Assembly (NCBI GenBank): GCA_017963105.1
Contig: JAGCTY010000031.1
Coordinates: 794-64,793 of the forward strand
From: Lentisphaeria bacterium
GTDB lineage: Bacteria > Verrucomicrobiota > Lentisphaeria > Victivallales > UBA1829
DNA length: 64,000 bases
Reading direction: 5' to 3'
In this document: positions 48,159-56,051 of the stretch, piece by piece
Position numbering within the stretch: the first letter of the stretch is position 1
How the letters are laid out: each line of letters opens with the position of its first letter
Notes under the pieces: model-generated
Databases searched by the model: none
Seen by the model: only the letters and a program-made list of their open reading frames with translations
Told to the model about the DNA's origin: nothing
Program-made: the position numbers and the translations under genes

Positions 48159-49286
48159 ATGAAACACAAATCGGTCAGCACCATCGCCGCACTCCTCTGC
48201 GGCGGCTTCCTCTCGTTTATTCCGGCATTCGCGCAGGAGAACACGGATGGAAAAACGGAACAAGACAAGACCTCACAAATGCAGCCGCATTACACGCTGG
48301 AGGAGCTGAAGAATGCTGAAATAACGGCGACCGGGGCAACGAACGCCGATAACAATGGATCGTCAGGCACTTCGCTGAACAATGACCAGATGGAAGAATT
48401 GACAGAATCACTCTTTCAGGCAATTCAATTTTGGTCATCGCTTGATGACATGCGTAACCCAGAAGCCAGTCTTAGCAGATATGATCGCCTTGAGCTCTGG
48501 CGTAAAGAACATAAACTCGAAAAAGATGATATGACGAAGATTTTTGTCAAAACAATTCAAGTTTATTTTTTAGAACTGGAAAAGAAATCAGAAAACAAAA
48601 AACTTATGATGTGGCATTTTTATGCCATCTCCAGTCTCAGGGATTATCCGCCGCCTCAAAAGGTGTTCAAGGAACTGATTCAAAAAACATTTCAAATGGA
48701 ACCAAATTGTGTTGAAGGGGTCATATATGAGTATATAAGTGTATTCCCGGATTGGGTTTTTGATGACAAACCGATTATTGAAATAATATATAAAACCAAC
48801 TCAAAAACAAACAGACTTTACAGAGTGTGCTCTGATTTAAAAGACCAAATTCTTAAAGAAAAAAATGAAGTTCGTAAAAAGAAGCTTCTTGATAAGGCTT
48901 TCGAATGGGCTTTTCAGGATGACAAGCTTGACATCTTCTGTTTTTTAGACAGAACTTTGCTTGACCACTACGATAAGGAGTATGCAACACATCCTGGACG
49001 AAAGCTCCAACTGGAAAAGGATTTGAAGCGTTATGAGGAAGCCAAGAATTACGACTGGGTTTACCGCCGGACGAAATATGCGCTGGAGCATTTCGGCGAG
49101 GGAGACGAAGCGTTTGAAATGTTATACAAGATGGATACGGATCCCAAATTGCAAGATGGTGAATGGGATCGTTCTGAGCGCAAAAGACGCTCAAGAGAGC
49201 ATATAGAAGAGATGAAGAAGGCGGGAAAAGACCCCAGGTCTGTTTATTCCAAAAGGTATCTTGACGAACTATACAGCGATGAATAA
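48159..49286 (+). CDS. Cassette 6: secreted protein (module B), AT-rich
   Basis: MKHKSVSTIAALLC signal; KKLLDKAFEWAFQDDK and PGRKLQLEKDLKR are shared with cassette 1. Confidence 0.8.
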   Translation: MKHKSVSTIAALLCGGFLSFIPAFAQENTDGKTEQDKTSQMQPHYTLEELKNAEITATGATNADNNGSSGTSLNNDQMEELTESLFQAIQFWSSLDDMRNPEASLSRYDRLELWRKEHKLEKDDMTKIFVKTIQVYFLELEKKSENKKLMMWHFYAISSLRDYPPPQKVFKELIQKTFQMEPNCVEGVIYEYISVFPDWVFDDKPIIEIIYKTNSKTNRLYRVCSDLKDQILKEKNEVRKKKLLDKAFEWAFQDDKLDIFCFLDRTLLDHYDKEYATHPGRKLQLEKDLKRYEEAKNYDWVYRRTKYALEHFGEGDEAFEMLYKMDTDPKLQDGEWDRSERKRRSREHIEEMKKAGKDPRSVYSKRYLDELYSDE

Positions 49287-49292
49287 ACATCC

Positions 49293-49331
49293 CCTCACCA
49301 TCCCCAGCCGACTAACCCCGACACCACGGAG
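49293..49331 (+). repeat. Array repeat copy 6
   Basis: Consensus copy. Confidence 0.95.
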
Positions 49332-49339
49332 GATATAAC

Positions 49340-52249
49340 ATGAAATCTAAAACAGCTTGGATCATTGCCCTGATCGCGCTGCCGCTTCTTGCGGCAGTAT
49401 TCACTCTGCACGCACAGAAACAAGACGACGGACGGGACAAACAGGAGCGCTCTTTTGGAGTTGAAAAGATTTATATTAGTGATGGTATTTTAAATTATTG
49501 TCTATCTCCGGATGCAGCTGACAGCGCTGTTGTGCTTTATTCCTTTGATATTCGAGATGGAGAATGTAAACAATACTATTTACCTATGACAATCGTTCCC
49601 GAAATCGACACCAGAAATGATGGGAATAAACAAATCATTAAATTCCCCCTTGCATGGTACATGAACAGCGAAGAGTTACTTATTGTATTTCATGATTTAG
49701 AATCAGATGCAATGGGCAGAGTTATATTTTGTCTTTTTTCAACAGACAGGACCCGCGATTTTGATTTTCGGTCTTTTACAGATTATTATGAATATCAAAA
49801 TGATATAATGAAGTATAAGGGGTTTTATTTCGGCGTGGGTGGCCGCATATATATCCATGGAATGAGTTCTGCCCCATTTGTGGATCATCGTCTAACTAAC
49901 AATTCTAAAATATGGTATGATTTTGCTGGCAAAAATATTATTGCACGTTTCCCATCCTTATCCGATAAGCAAGAAAACTGGATGCCATCAGAAAATCCAG
50001 CATACTATAAATGGATGTCGTATGCAATTGAAGATGGTAAGAGTATTGTTATTCAAGATGATCAATTGAAAGATTTTTACCCATTATCAAGTATTTCTGT
50101 AAAAGGGAAAAAAATCTATACGGATAATGGTGAAACGATCAACTTTCCAAGCGATATTGATTCGATCATTTGGGGTATTGATAACAATTCAACTCCAAGT
50201 ATAATATTGTTATCTCAAACCGATAAGATTAAAATTTCTAAAAAGGATTATCCGAAACTTCCGAAGTTGATTCTTGCAAATGAAGACTCTGATTACGTGA
50301 TGTTTATTTTTGACCGCAAGATTGATTCATCGAATGTGCAAGGTTCTTTACAGGAGATCAAAGATGTGCTCGAAAAGAGCAGTTTATTACAACAATATCC
50401 ACCACGTCCTAAGAAAAAGGAAGTTAAGCCAACAGAAAATGTGATACATACTGCTACGCCATCGCCTGAAGAAATGAAACGGAGAGAAGCTGAATATTTA
50501 GCGAATCATCTCAAAGTATTGTATGAATCCGCCAATATTATTGTTACAATTACGCCACCAGATATCAATCAATTCAGTGAAGGTAATATTCAATTGCTTG
50601 ATAAATCGAAACAAAATAAAATATTATGGGAAATGGCAATTCCAAGTCAAATGGAATCAGGAACAGGGGCCGGGGCTATAAAATCAACGGCGTTTTTTGA
50701 AGATAATAAACGCGGATTTTTCTATGCTGCTATTATCCGCAATGAACTGTTTCCTGAAGTAGTTATTCTTAAAATTGATTCAAAGAATGAAACAGTAAGT
50801 GAATTAAGGTTTGCCAGTCCTTTTCTTCCGGACCTGCCATTTAAAAAGATGAAGTTGAACGTGGTCCAAAATATTGTTTTTTTATCTGTCACATATAATG
50901 ACAATAAACATCAAGAATCTGCTATAGATATTTCTTCTGGTTTTTACAATATGATATTGAATGAGAGACATAGAAAATATCCATATATACCGACAGAATT
51001 GTTTCTATTATTGACATCAGGTGACACAAATGATAATGATGATTTTCTCGACATACAGGATATAAAACATAAAAGGTTAAAGTCACTGTATGCAGACCTG
51101 ACGATTTTAGGATTAAGTTTCGCCGAATATTTGTATCATGTCGATGTTAAAGGCTCCTCCATTAATGATAGCACATTTGCTAATCTAAACAAAAAATATC
51201 ATGTTAGTTCGTTGCTTAACAATAAAGTTTATGAAGATGAGTTAGATCACTATTTGGATCAAAACTCAGAGATTTTATGGTCTATTCAAAAAAGAATAGA
51301 CAAACGAATAATTCGACAGGCAAAATTTCTAAACAAAGATGCATTCTTAAAACAAATAGCTCAAATACATGTATCGAAAGACGCGGGGGCTGCCGTTAAT
51401 CCATCGCCTGAAGAAATGGAACGGAGAAAAGCTGAATTTTTAGCGAATCTACCGAAAGATAACATTTTTACCGATGACGAGTTTAAAGCTCTGTTTCCCA
51501 AGGTTGAATATGATAAAATTTCCGATTTATACGAGCGTGGCATGGCTTATGATTGGGATGAGAAATTCTCCGATGCCATGAAATGCTTTGAGCAAGACTC
51601 ATCATTAAAGTCAAAATTAATGTTGGCAATGTATTACAAAACCGGGAGACCTGATATTCCAAAAGACTCTGTCAAGGCTAATGCTATCTTTAATGAGATA
51701 ATTGAAGATGTCAGTAACAAATCCGCCCCCACTCCTGAAATGTTATGCATAGCCGGACGCGCCTGCATGGAATTTGTTTCAACAGAATTTTTTGAAACAC
51801 AAGAGTTTCAAAAAAAAGCAACAGAATTCTTCAAAGAATCCATTGAGCAAGGATATGCTGCTGCCGCTTTTTATCCTCAATATTACATAAGAAACAATGG
51901 TAAGTTTCAACCTCGGGAATTACTTGAAATAGCCAACAAAAACAACTGTTTGGACACTGAAGTGTTAGCCGCAGGGATGGCATTATTTCGGAATCCTGTC
52001 TTTATGAATTATCGCAACAAACAGGAAAACCTGTTAACCATCAAAAAGGGTATTCAAGCACACATCCCATTGGCGGAATATATCCTTGGCGAATTATTCT
52101 ATCTTGATGCCGCGAATCCTGATCTTGCATTAAAGCCGAATCGAGAACTGGCGTTATTCTGGATGAAACGTGCCGCGAATCATGGAGAAGCGGATGCCAT
52201 AGAACTTTTACGGCAAAATCCCACTTTGAGATCATTGCTGCATCCTTGA
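49340..52249 (+). CDS. Cassette 7: large, very AT-rich secreted protein with C-terminal Sel1-like repeats
   Basis: Signal peptide; ALFWMKRAANHGEADA; internal duplicated SPEEM.RR.AE.LAN linker. Confidence 0.8.
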   Translation: MKSKTAWIIALIALPLLAAVFTLHAQKQDDGRDKQERSFGVEKIYISDGILNYCLSPDAADSAVVLYSFDIRDGECKQYYLPMTIVPEIDTRNDGNKQIIKFPLAWYMNSEELLIVFHDLESDAMGRVIFCLFSTDRTRDFDFRSFTDYYEYQNDIMKYKGFYFGVGGRIYIHGMSSAPFVDHRLTNNSKIWYDFAGKNIIARFPSLSDKQENWMPSENPAYYKWMSYAIEDGKSIVIQDDQLKDFYPLSSISVKGKKIYTDNGETINFPSDIDSIIWGIDNNSTPSIILLSQTDKIKISKKDYPKLPKLILANEDSDYVMFIFDRKIDSSNVQGSLQEIKDVLEKSSLLQQYPPRPKKKEVKPTENVIHTATPSPEEMKRREAEYLANHLKVLYESANIIVTITPPDINQFSEGNIQLLDKSKQNKILWEMAIPSQMESGTGAGAIKSTAFFEDNKRGFFYAAIIRNELFPEVVILKIDSKNETVSELRFASPFLPDLPFKKMKLNVVQNIVFLSVTYNDNKHQESAIDISSGFYNMILNERHRKYPYIPTELFLLLTSGDTNDNDDFLDIQDIKHKRLKSLYADLTILGLSFAEYLYHVDVKGSSINDSTFANLNKKYHVSSLLNNKVYEDELDHYLDQNSEILWSIQKRIDKRIIRQAKFLNKDAFLKQIAQIHVSKDAGAAVNPSPEEMERRKAEFLANLPKDNIFTDDEFKALFPKVEYDKISDLYERGMAYDWDEKFSDAMKCFEQDSSLKSKLMLAMYYKTGRPDIPKDSVKANAIFNEIIEDVSNKSAPTPEMLCIAGRACMEFVSTEFFETQEFQKKATEFFKESIEQGYAAAAFYPQYYIRNNGKFQPRELLEIANKNNCLDTEVLAAGMALFRNPVFMNYRNKQENLLTIKKGIQAHIPLAEYILGELFYLDAANPDLALKPNRELALFWMKRAANHGEADAIELLRQNPTLRSLLHP

Positions 52250-52267
52250 TCATTTTCAATTTAACCG

Positions 52268-52738
52268 ATGACGAACGTAATTTTCAACAGCGGCTTTATC
52301 GGCTTTTTGGTTTGGGTGTTGCTCTTTGCCGTCAGCACGGCGGCACTGGCAATCGCTATCCGCTGTGTGTGGGGGTTGCATAAAACTATATTTGCGATGG
52401 CGGAATTCAAAGAAAAGTTGATTCCGTTTCTTTTTCTCGCTTTCGCTCTGATGTTTTCGGTCCTTCCTCTGCGCGTCCAGGCGGCATTGCCGAAGGAACT
52501 TCCGACTGCACCGACGAAGTTCCTGACGGGAGCCTGCCTGACACGTTCGGAAGACCTTTGGATCACGGCGGAGGCGGGCGGCGTCTACCGTCTGAGCGGG
52601 CAGGAGATGAAGCCGAAGTGGAAGGATATGCGGAAGCAGCCGGGATTCCCGAAGACGGACAACTGCCAGTCTATAACAAAACAACAACAACTTGAAACCT
52701 CGCCGGAGCAGCACCCCTCACCACCCCCAGCCGACTAA
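52268..52738 (+). pseudogene. Probable chimeric fragment ORF (ExbB/TolQ-like N-terminus plus the start of a secreted beta-propeller-like protein)
   Basis: SGFIGFLVWVLLFAVS.AALAIAIR, then a second signal (LRVQA) and DLWITAEAGGVYRL; terminates in repeat copy 7. Confidence 0.45.
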
Positions 52739-52756
52739 CCCCGACACCGCATGGAG
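52716..52756 (+). repeat. Array repeat copy 7
   Basis: CCTCACCACCCCCAGCCGACTAACCCCGACACCGCATGGAG. Confidence 0.92.
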
Positions 52757-52764
52757 AATTTAAC

Positions 52765-53859
52765 ATGAAACACCGATTATTCCTGCCTGCGCTGATGTGC
52801 TGCCTGACACTGACGGCATTCGGTTTCTTCGTATTTGCCCTGGTCCGTGACTCCATGCGGAACACGCCGCAGACGGACTGGGAAGGATGGAACATGTATG
52901 TTGCCGTCCCTGAATTCGATTTGTCTTGCCGATTGGCCAAGAAATACGGGCTTGATGCCTGCCCGCCGTCAGATTGCACAAACGATCGCATTATCGGGTT
53001 CCGGTTCAACCTTGACCACCCGGAACACGCGGCGGAGATCGTGCGCGATCTCCATGAATGGAAGCGCCAGTCGCCGGAACTCGTCAACGAAACGTTCGGC
53101 GTGGATGCCTACCTCTATCGCTCGGATGACAAGCACTGGCGAACAGAACGGCTTCTGGTCATCCGCACGATGATGCCTGCGCCGGGAAGGACCGAATTTC
53201 AGGGGGCGTATCAGGGGCGGACAAGCGACGTGGTGATCGAAAACGGCAATGTTTCGAAGACGTTCACACCGGATGAGTTCTATCATCCCGCCGACGGATC
53301 CGACGAAGCCGATACATTCATCCGGGCCCTTGCGGACGCCCCCGTAGCCGAGACGGAGAAAACGGCTGGGGAAAAGATTCCCGATGTCAACAACGAGGCG
53401 ATGCTCACAAACCAGAAAGCGTACTTGGAAAAGAGCGGTCGTTCCATGTTCGAGATTCTGCCGGGACTGTTCGCCGCGACATGGTTCGACTTCATCTGCG
53501 CGATTGTCCTTTTCCTTTTCGCCATCCGTTATCGGGATCAGGGAATCGGCGGGCGTCTCTTCCCGTTATGGCTTCTGACCATCCTGCACATGCTTCTGTT
53601 TCCTTCGCTCGACCTCATTCCGCTCGACCATGACAAGATCGCCGGGACCATGACCGGAACCATTTTCCTCGTTCTGGAGTCGACAATCTTGTTTTCGCCC
53701 CTCGTCCTGTTCCTGTTTGCCCTAGTCTACGGAATCGCGCTGAGCAACATGAAGCGAACGGACCGCCCGTTGAAAATCGCCTTCGTTTTATTTTCCGCAA
53801 ACGTTCTCATTCAGGGGCTGATCGCATTGAGCGTATGGGCCCTTTCGCAGGGCGGATAA
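52765..53859 (+). CDS. Cassette 8: membrane protein (N-terminal anchor, extracytoplasmic domain, about 4 C-terminal TMs)
   Basis: Hydrophobicity pattern; starts directly after repeat copy 7. Confidence 0.75.
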   Translation: MKHRLFLPALMCCLTLTAFGFFVFALVRDSMRNTPQTDWEGWNMYVAVPEFDLSCRLAKKYGLDACPPSDCTNDRIIGFRFNLDHPEHAAEIVRDLHEWKRQSPELVNETFGVDAYLYRSDDKHWRTERLLVIRTMMPAPGRTEFQGAYQGRTSDVVIENGNVSKTFTPDEFYHPADGSDEADTFIRALADAPVAETEKTAGEKIPDVNNEAMLTNQKAYLEKSGRSMFEILPGLFAATWFDFICAIVLFLFAIRYRDQGIGGRLFPLWLLTILHMLLFPSLDLIPLDHDKIAGTMTGTIFLVLESTILFSPLVLFLFALVYGIALSNMKRTDRPLKIAFVLFSANVLIQGLIALSVWALSQGG

Positions 53860-53918
53860 TCCGAACAAGTCATCTTCTCAAGATTTGGAACATGCATCCG
53901 GCGAACGCGGGGCAAAGG

Positions 53919-53978
53919 TCACGCCTGGTAGTAGCAGGCGACGGTGTCGTGGCCGCTGCGCTTCAGGGCGGCGGCGAT
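53919..53978. repeat. Displaced duplicate of the PP2C gene 3' end (att-like)
   Basis: Matches 55109-55174 apart from a 6-bp deletion and one substitution. Confidence 0.9.
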
Positions 53979-54159
53979 AAAGATAGAATTCGCATTAAGG
54001 ATTATTGCGTCAGAATGTCACAATCGGTTAGTGAGACTAACCGATTGGGTTCTAAGCTGTTCATTTTGAAAGGGTGGACTTTTCTGTTTTATGGGGAGCA
54101 AAAAACGAATGGATTACAAAAACGATTAGCAAAGCACAAAAAGCCGCAATGTAATCCTG

Positions 54160-55089
54160 TTATGGATTCTGCGATGATGCTTTTTCCTTTATTCCATCAG
54201 GTTCCATGCTGGAATCATCGCTTTCGTAGTAGTAGGAATAATCAATCCCCTTCATAAACAGCTCACGATTATCTATTTCGTTGGTCAAGGCCGCTCGAAG
54301 CAGAGATTTCAGATGGGTACTGTTGTCAACGCTTTCCCTCATGGCGCTCAAATACTCGAATTTATCGATCCTGCTCCAGTCCACACATTTCTTCAGGGTG
54401 CGTTTGAGCATCAAATCTAGCCAGATACGCGTACTGCGGCCATTGCCTTCCATAAACGGGTGCGCTATATTCATTTCAATGTATTTGTCCGCGATCTGCT
54501 CAAACGTGGTTTCCGGCATGGACTCTATCATAGGAAGCGTGGTCCCGAAATGGCGCGCATTGGCAAAAGCAAACCCGCCTTTGCTGATGTTCCTGTCGCG
54601 GATTCTGCCGGCAAATTCGTAGAGTCCACCAAAAATATAGGCATGAATCTGCTGAAGACACTCAATAGTTCCCGGTTCCAGAGAAGACAACAGACCGCTT
54701 TCGAAAAGATCATATGCTCTCTTTTTGCTTTGCCCGTCTATTGTATTGTCACTGTACAGGAACCAATCCAGAAACTTCGATGCCTTTGTATTGGGGAAAC
54801 TTTTGGCAAGCGCAATGATTCCGGCACTGTCAAGACAATCCGTTGAACGGGATCTGCCATCGGAACCGGGAAGGCGCAATAGTTTTACGGCATTGATTAG
54901 CTGGTCTTTTTCCTTTTTCAGCTTCCCCTTCAAGTATTTCCAGTAATTGCGGGTCTTCCCGGCATCGTCCTGCTCATTAAGCACAGCAACAATATCCAGA
55001 ACGGAAAACCACCATTTGCTGTTTTGAACATCCCAAACAGCCCGGACTTTTTGCTTGCCGTAATGTCGTACAGAAATTTTAACAATCAT
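54160..55089 (-). CDS. fic: BRO-N-like domain fused to a Fic AMPylase (class III-like)
   Basis: VRAVWD..WWFSV.D...RNYWKYLK N-terminus; HPFMEGNGRSTR Fic motif; C-terminal SYYYE inhibitory motif. Confidence 0.9.
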   Translation of the reverse strand: MIVKISVRHYGKQKVRAVWDVQNSKWWFSVLDIVAVLNEQDDAGKTRNYWKYLKGKLKKEKDQLINAVKLLRLPGSDGRSRSTDCLDSAGIIALAKSFPNTKASKFLDWFLYSDNTIDGQSKKRAYDLFESGLLSSLEPGTIECLQQIHAYIFGGLYEFAGRIRDRNISKGGFAFANARHFGTTLPMIESMPETTFEQIADKYIEMNIAHPFMEGNGRSTRIWLDLMLKRTLKKCVDWSRIDKFEYLSAMRESVDNSTHLKSLLRAALTNEIDNRELFMKGIDYSYYYESDDSSMEPDGIKEKASSQNP

Positions 55090-55108
55090 ATCGCCATCGA
55101 TCCGGCTG

Positions 55109-55933
55109 TCACGCCTGGTAGTAGCAGGCGACGGTGACGTTGTCGTGGCCGCCGCGCTTCAGGGCGGCGGCGATGAGGTCGCGCACGGCGTCCTGCGCCG
55201 AATTGCTCCGCGCCATGATGTCGAGGATCTCCGGGTCGGATACATGGCACATCAGGCCGTCGGAACACACGATGAACTTGTCGCCGTGCCTGCGGTCGTG
55301 GACGCGGATGTCCGGGTCCAGACTGCGTTGCTGTCCGATCGACTTGTAGATCACGTGGGACATCGGATGGATCTTCGCGGCGGCCTCCGTGATCACGCCC
55401 TCGCGGACCCATTTCTGCACGAGCGAATGGTCGGCGGTCAGGCATTCGATCCCGCCGTCGCGGAACCGGTACGCGCGGCTGTCGCCGGCGTGCGCGACCA
55501 CGACCTGGTCCTGCAGCAGCGCGAGCGCGGCGACCGTGGTGCCCATGGGCGAGGAGAGCGTGCCCTGGTCGGCGTTGATGCCGTACACGGTCCGGTTGAT
55601 GTCCTCCAGCGCCCTCCGGAAGAACTCGACGGTCTCGTGCGCGCCGGGCGTCCTGCCCGCGGCAAACCGTTTCCACTGTGCCAGCAGGCTCTTCGCCGTG
55701 AACTGGCTGGCGAGGTCGCCGCCGCTGTTCCCGCCCACGCCGTCGGCCACGAAGAGCAGCGAGCAGCCCCCTGCGGGGTCCGTAAACGTGCCGAAACTGT
55801 CCTCGTTGTGGTCGCGCTGGAATCCCGGATGGGTGTCGGCGGCGATGCAGGAGGTCTCGGCGGGGAAAAGCTCGATGACCTGCGTCCTGGAAGGCGAGTC
55901 CAGGAATGTTCCGTCCTGTTTGCGGGTTGACAT
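55109..55933 (-). CDS. PP2C-family Ser/Thr phosphatase (PrpC/Stp-like)
   Basis: G..RDHNEDS, VADGVGG, MGTT, HAGDSRAY, CSDGL, GGHDNVT. Confidence 0.93.
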   Translation of the reverse strand: MSTRKQDGTFLDSPSRTQVIELFPAETSCIAADTHPGFQRDHNEDSFGTFTDPAGGCSLLFVADGVGGNSGGDLASQFTAKSLLAQWKRFAAGRTPGAHETVEFFRRALEDINRTVYGINADQGTLSSPMGTTVAALALLQDQVVVAHAGDSRAYRFRDGGIECLTADHSLVQKWVREGVITEAAAKIHPMSHVIYKSIGQQRSLDPDIRVHDRRHGDKFIVCSDGLMCHVSDPEILDIMARSNSAQDAVRDLIAAALKRGGHDNVTVACYYQA

Positions 55934-56051
55934 GTCGGTTCGGCGGTGAATGGTTGTGCGACGGCGTTGAAAAAAGTATCGTTTCTAATGTATCACGTTT
56001 TCAGGGAAAAGCAAGTCCGGTTCCGCTGAAAAAACGGAAGAGACGGCGGAA

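Larger units (their letters stand above)
38071..53859 (+). other. Repeat-delimited array of exported-protein gene cassettes
   Basis: Co-oriented ORFs separated by seven copies of a 39-bp repeat; shared domains; heterogeneous GC. Confidence 0.85.

Noticed and set aside
39445-52756. Array repeat as a CRISPR repeat
   Set aside because: The intervening sequences are 1-3.5 kb genes, the repeat is not palindromic, and there are no cas genes in the window.
39445-52756. Array repeat as a classical integron attC
   Set aside because: It contains TAAC but has no complementary GTTRRRY box or hairpin, and no intI is present in the window.
38090-53859. Diversity-generating retroelement or retron
   Set aside because: No reverse transcriptase ORF, and paralog differences are not visibly confined to adenines.
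38090-53859. Polymorphic-toxin or orphan immunity array
   Set aside because: No recognisable toxin, RHS/VENN or known immunity domains. Not excluded, but unsupported from the sequence.
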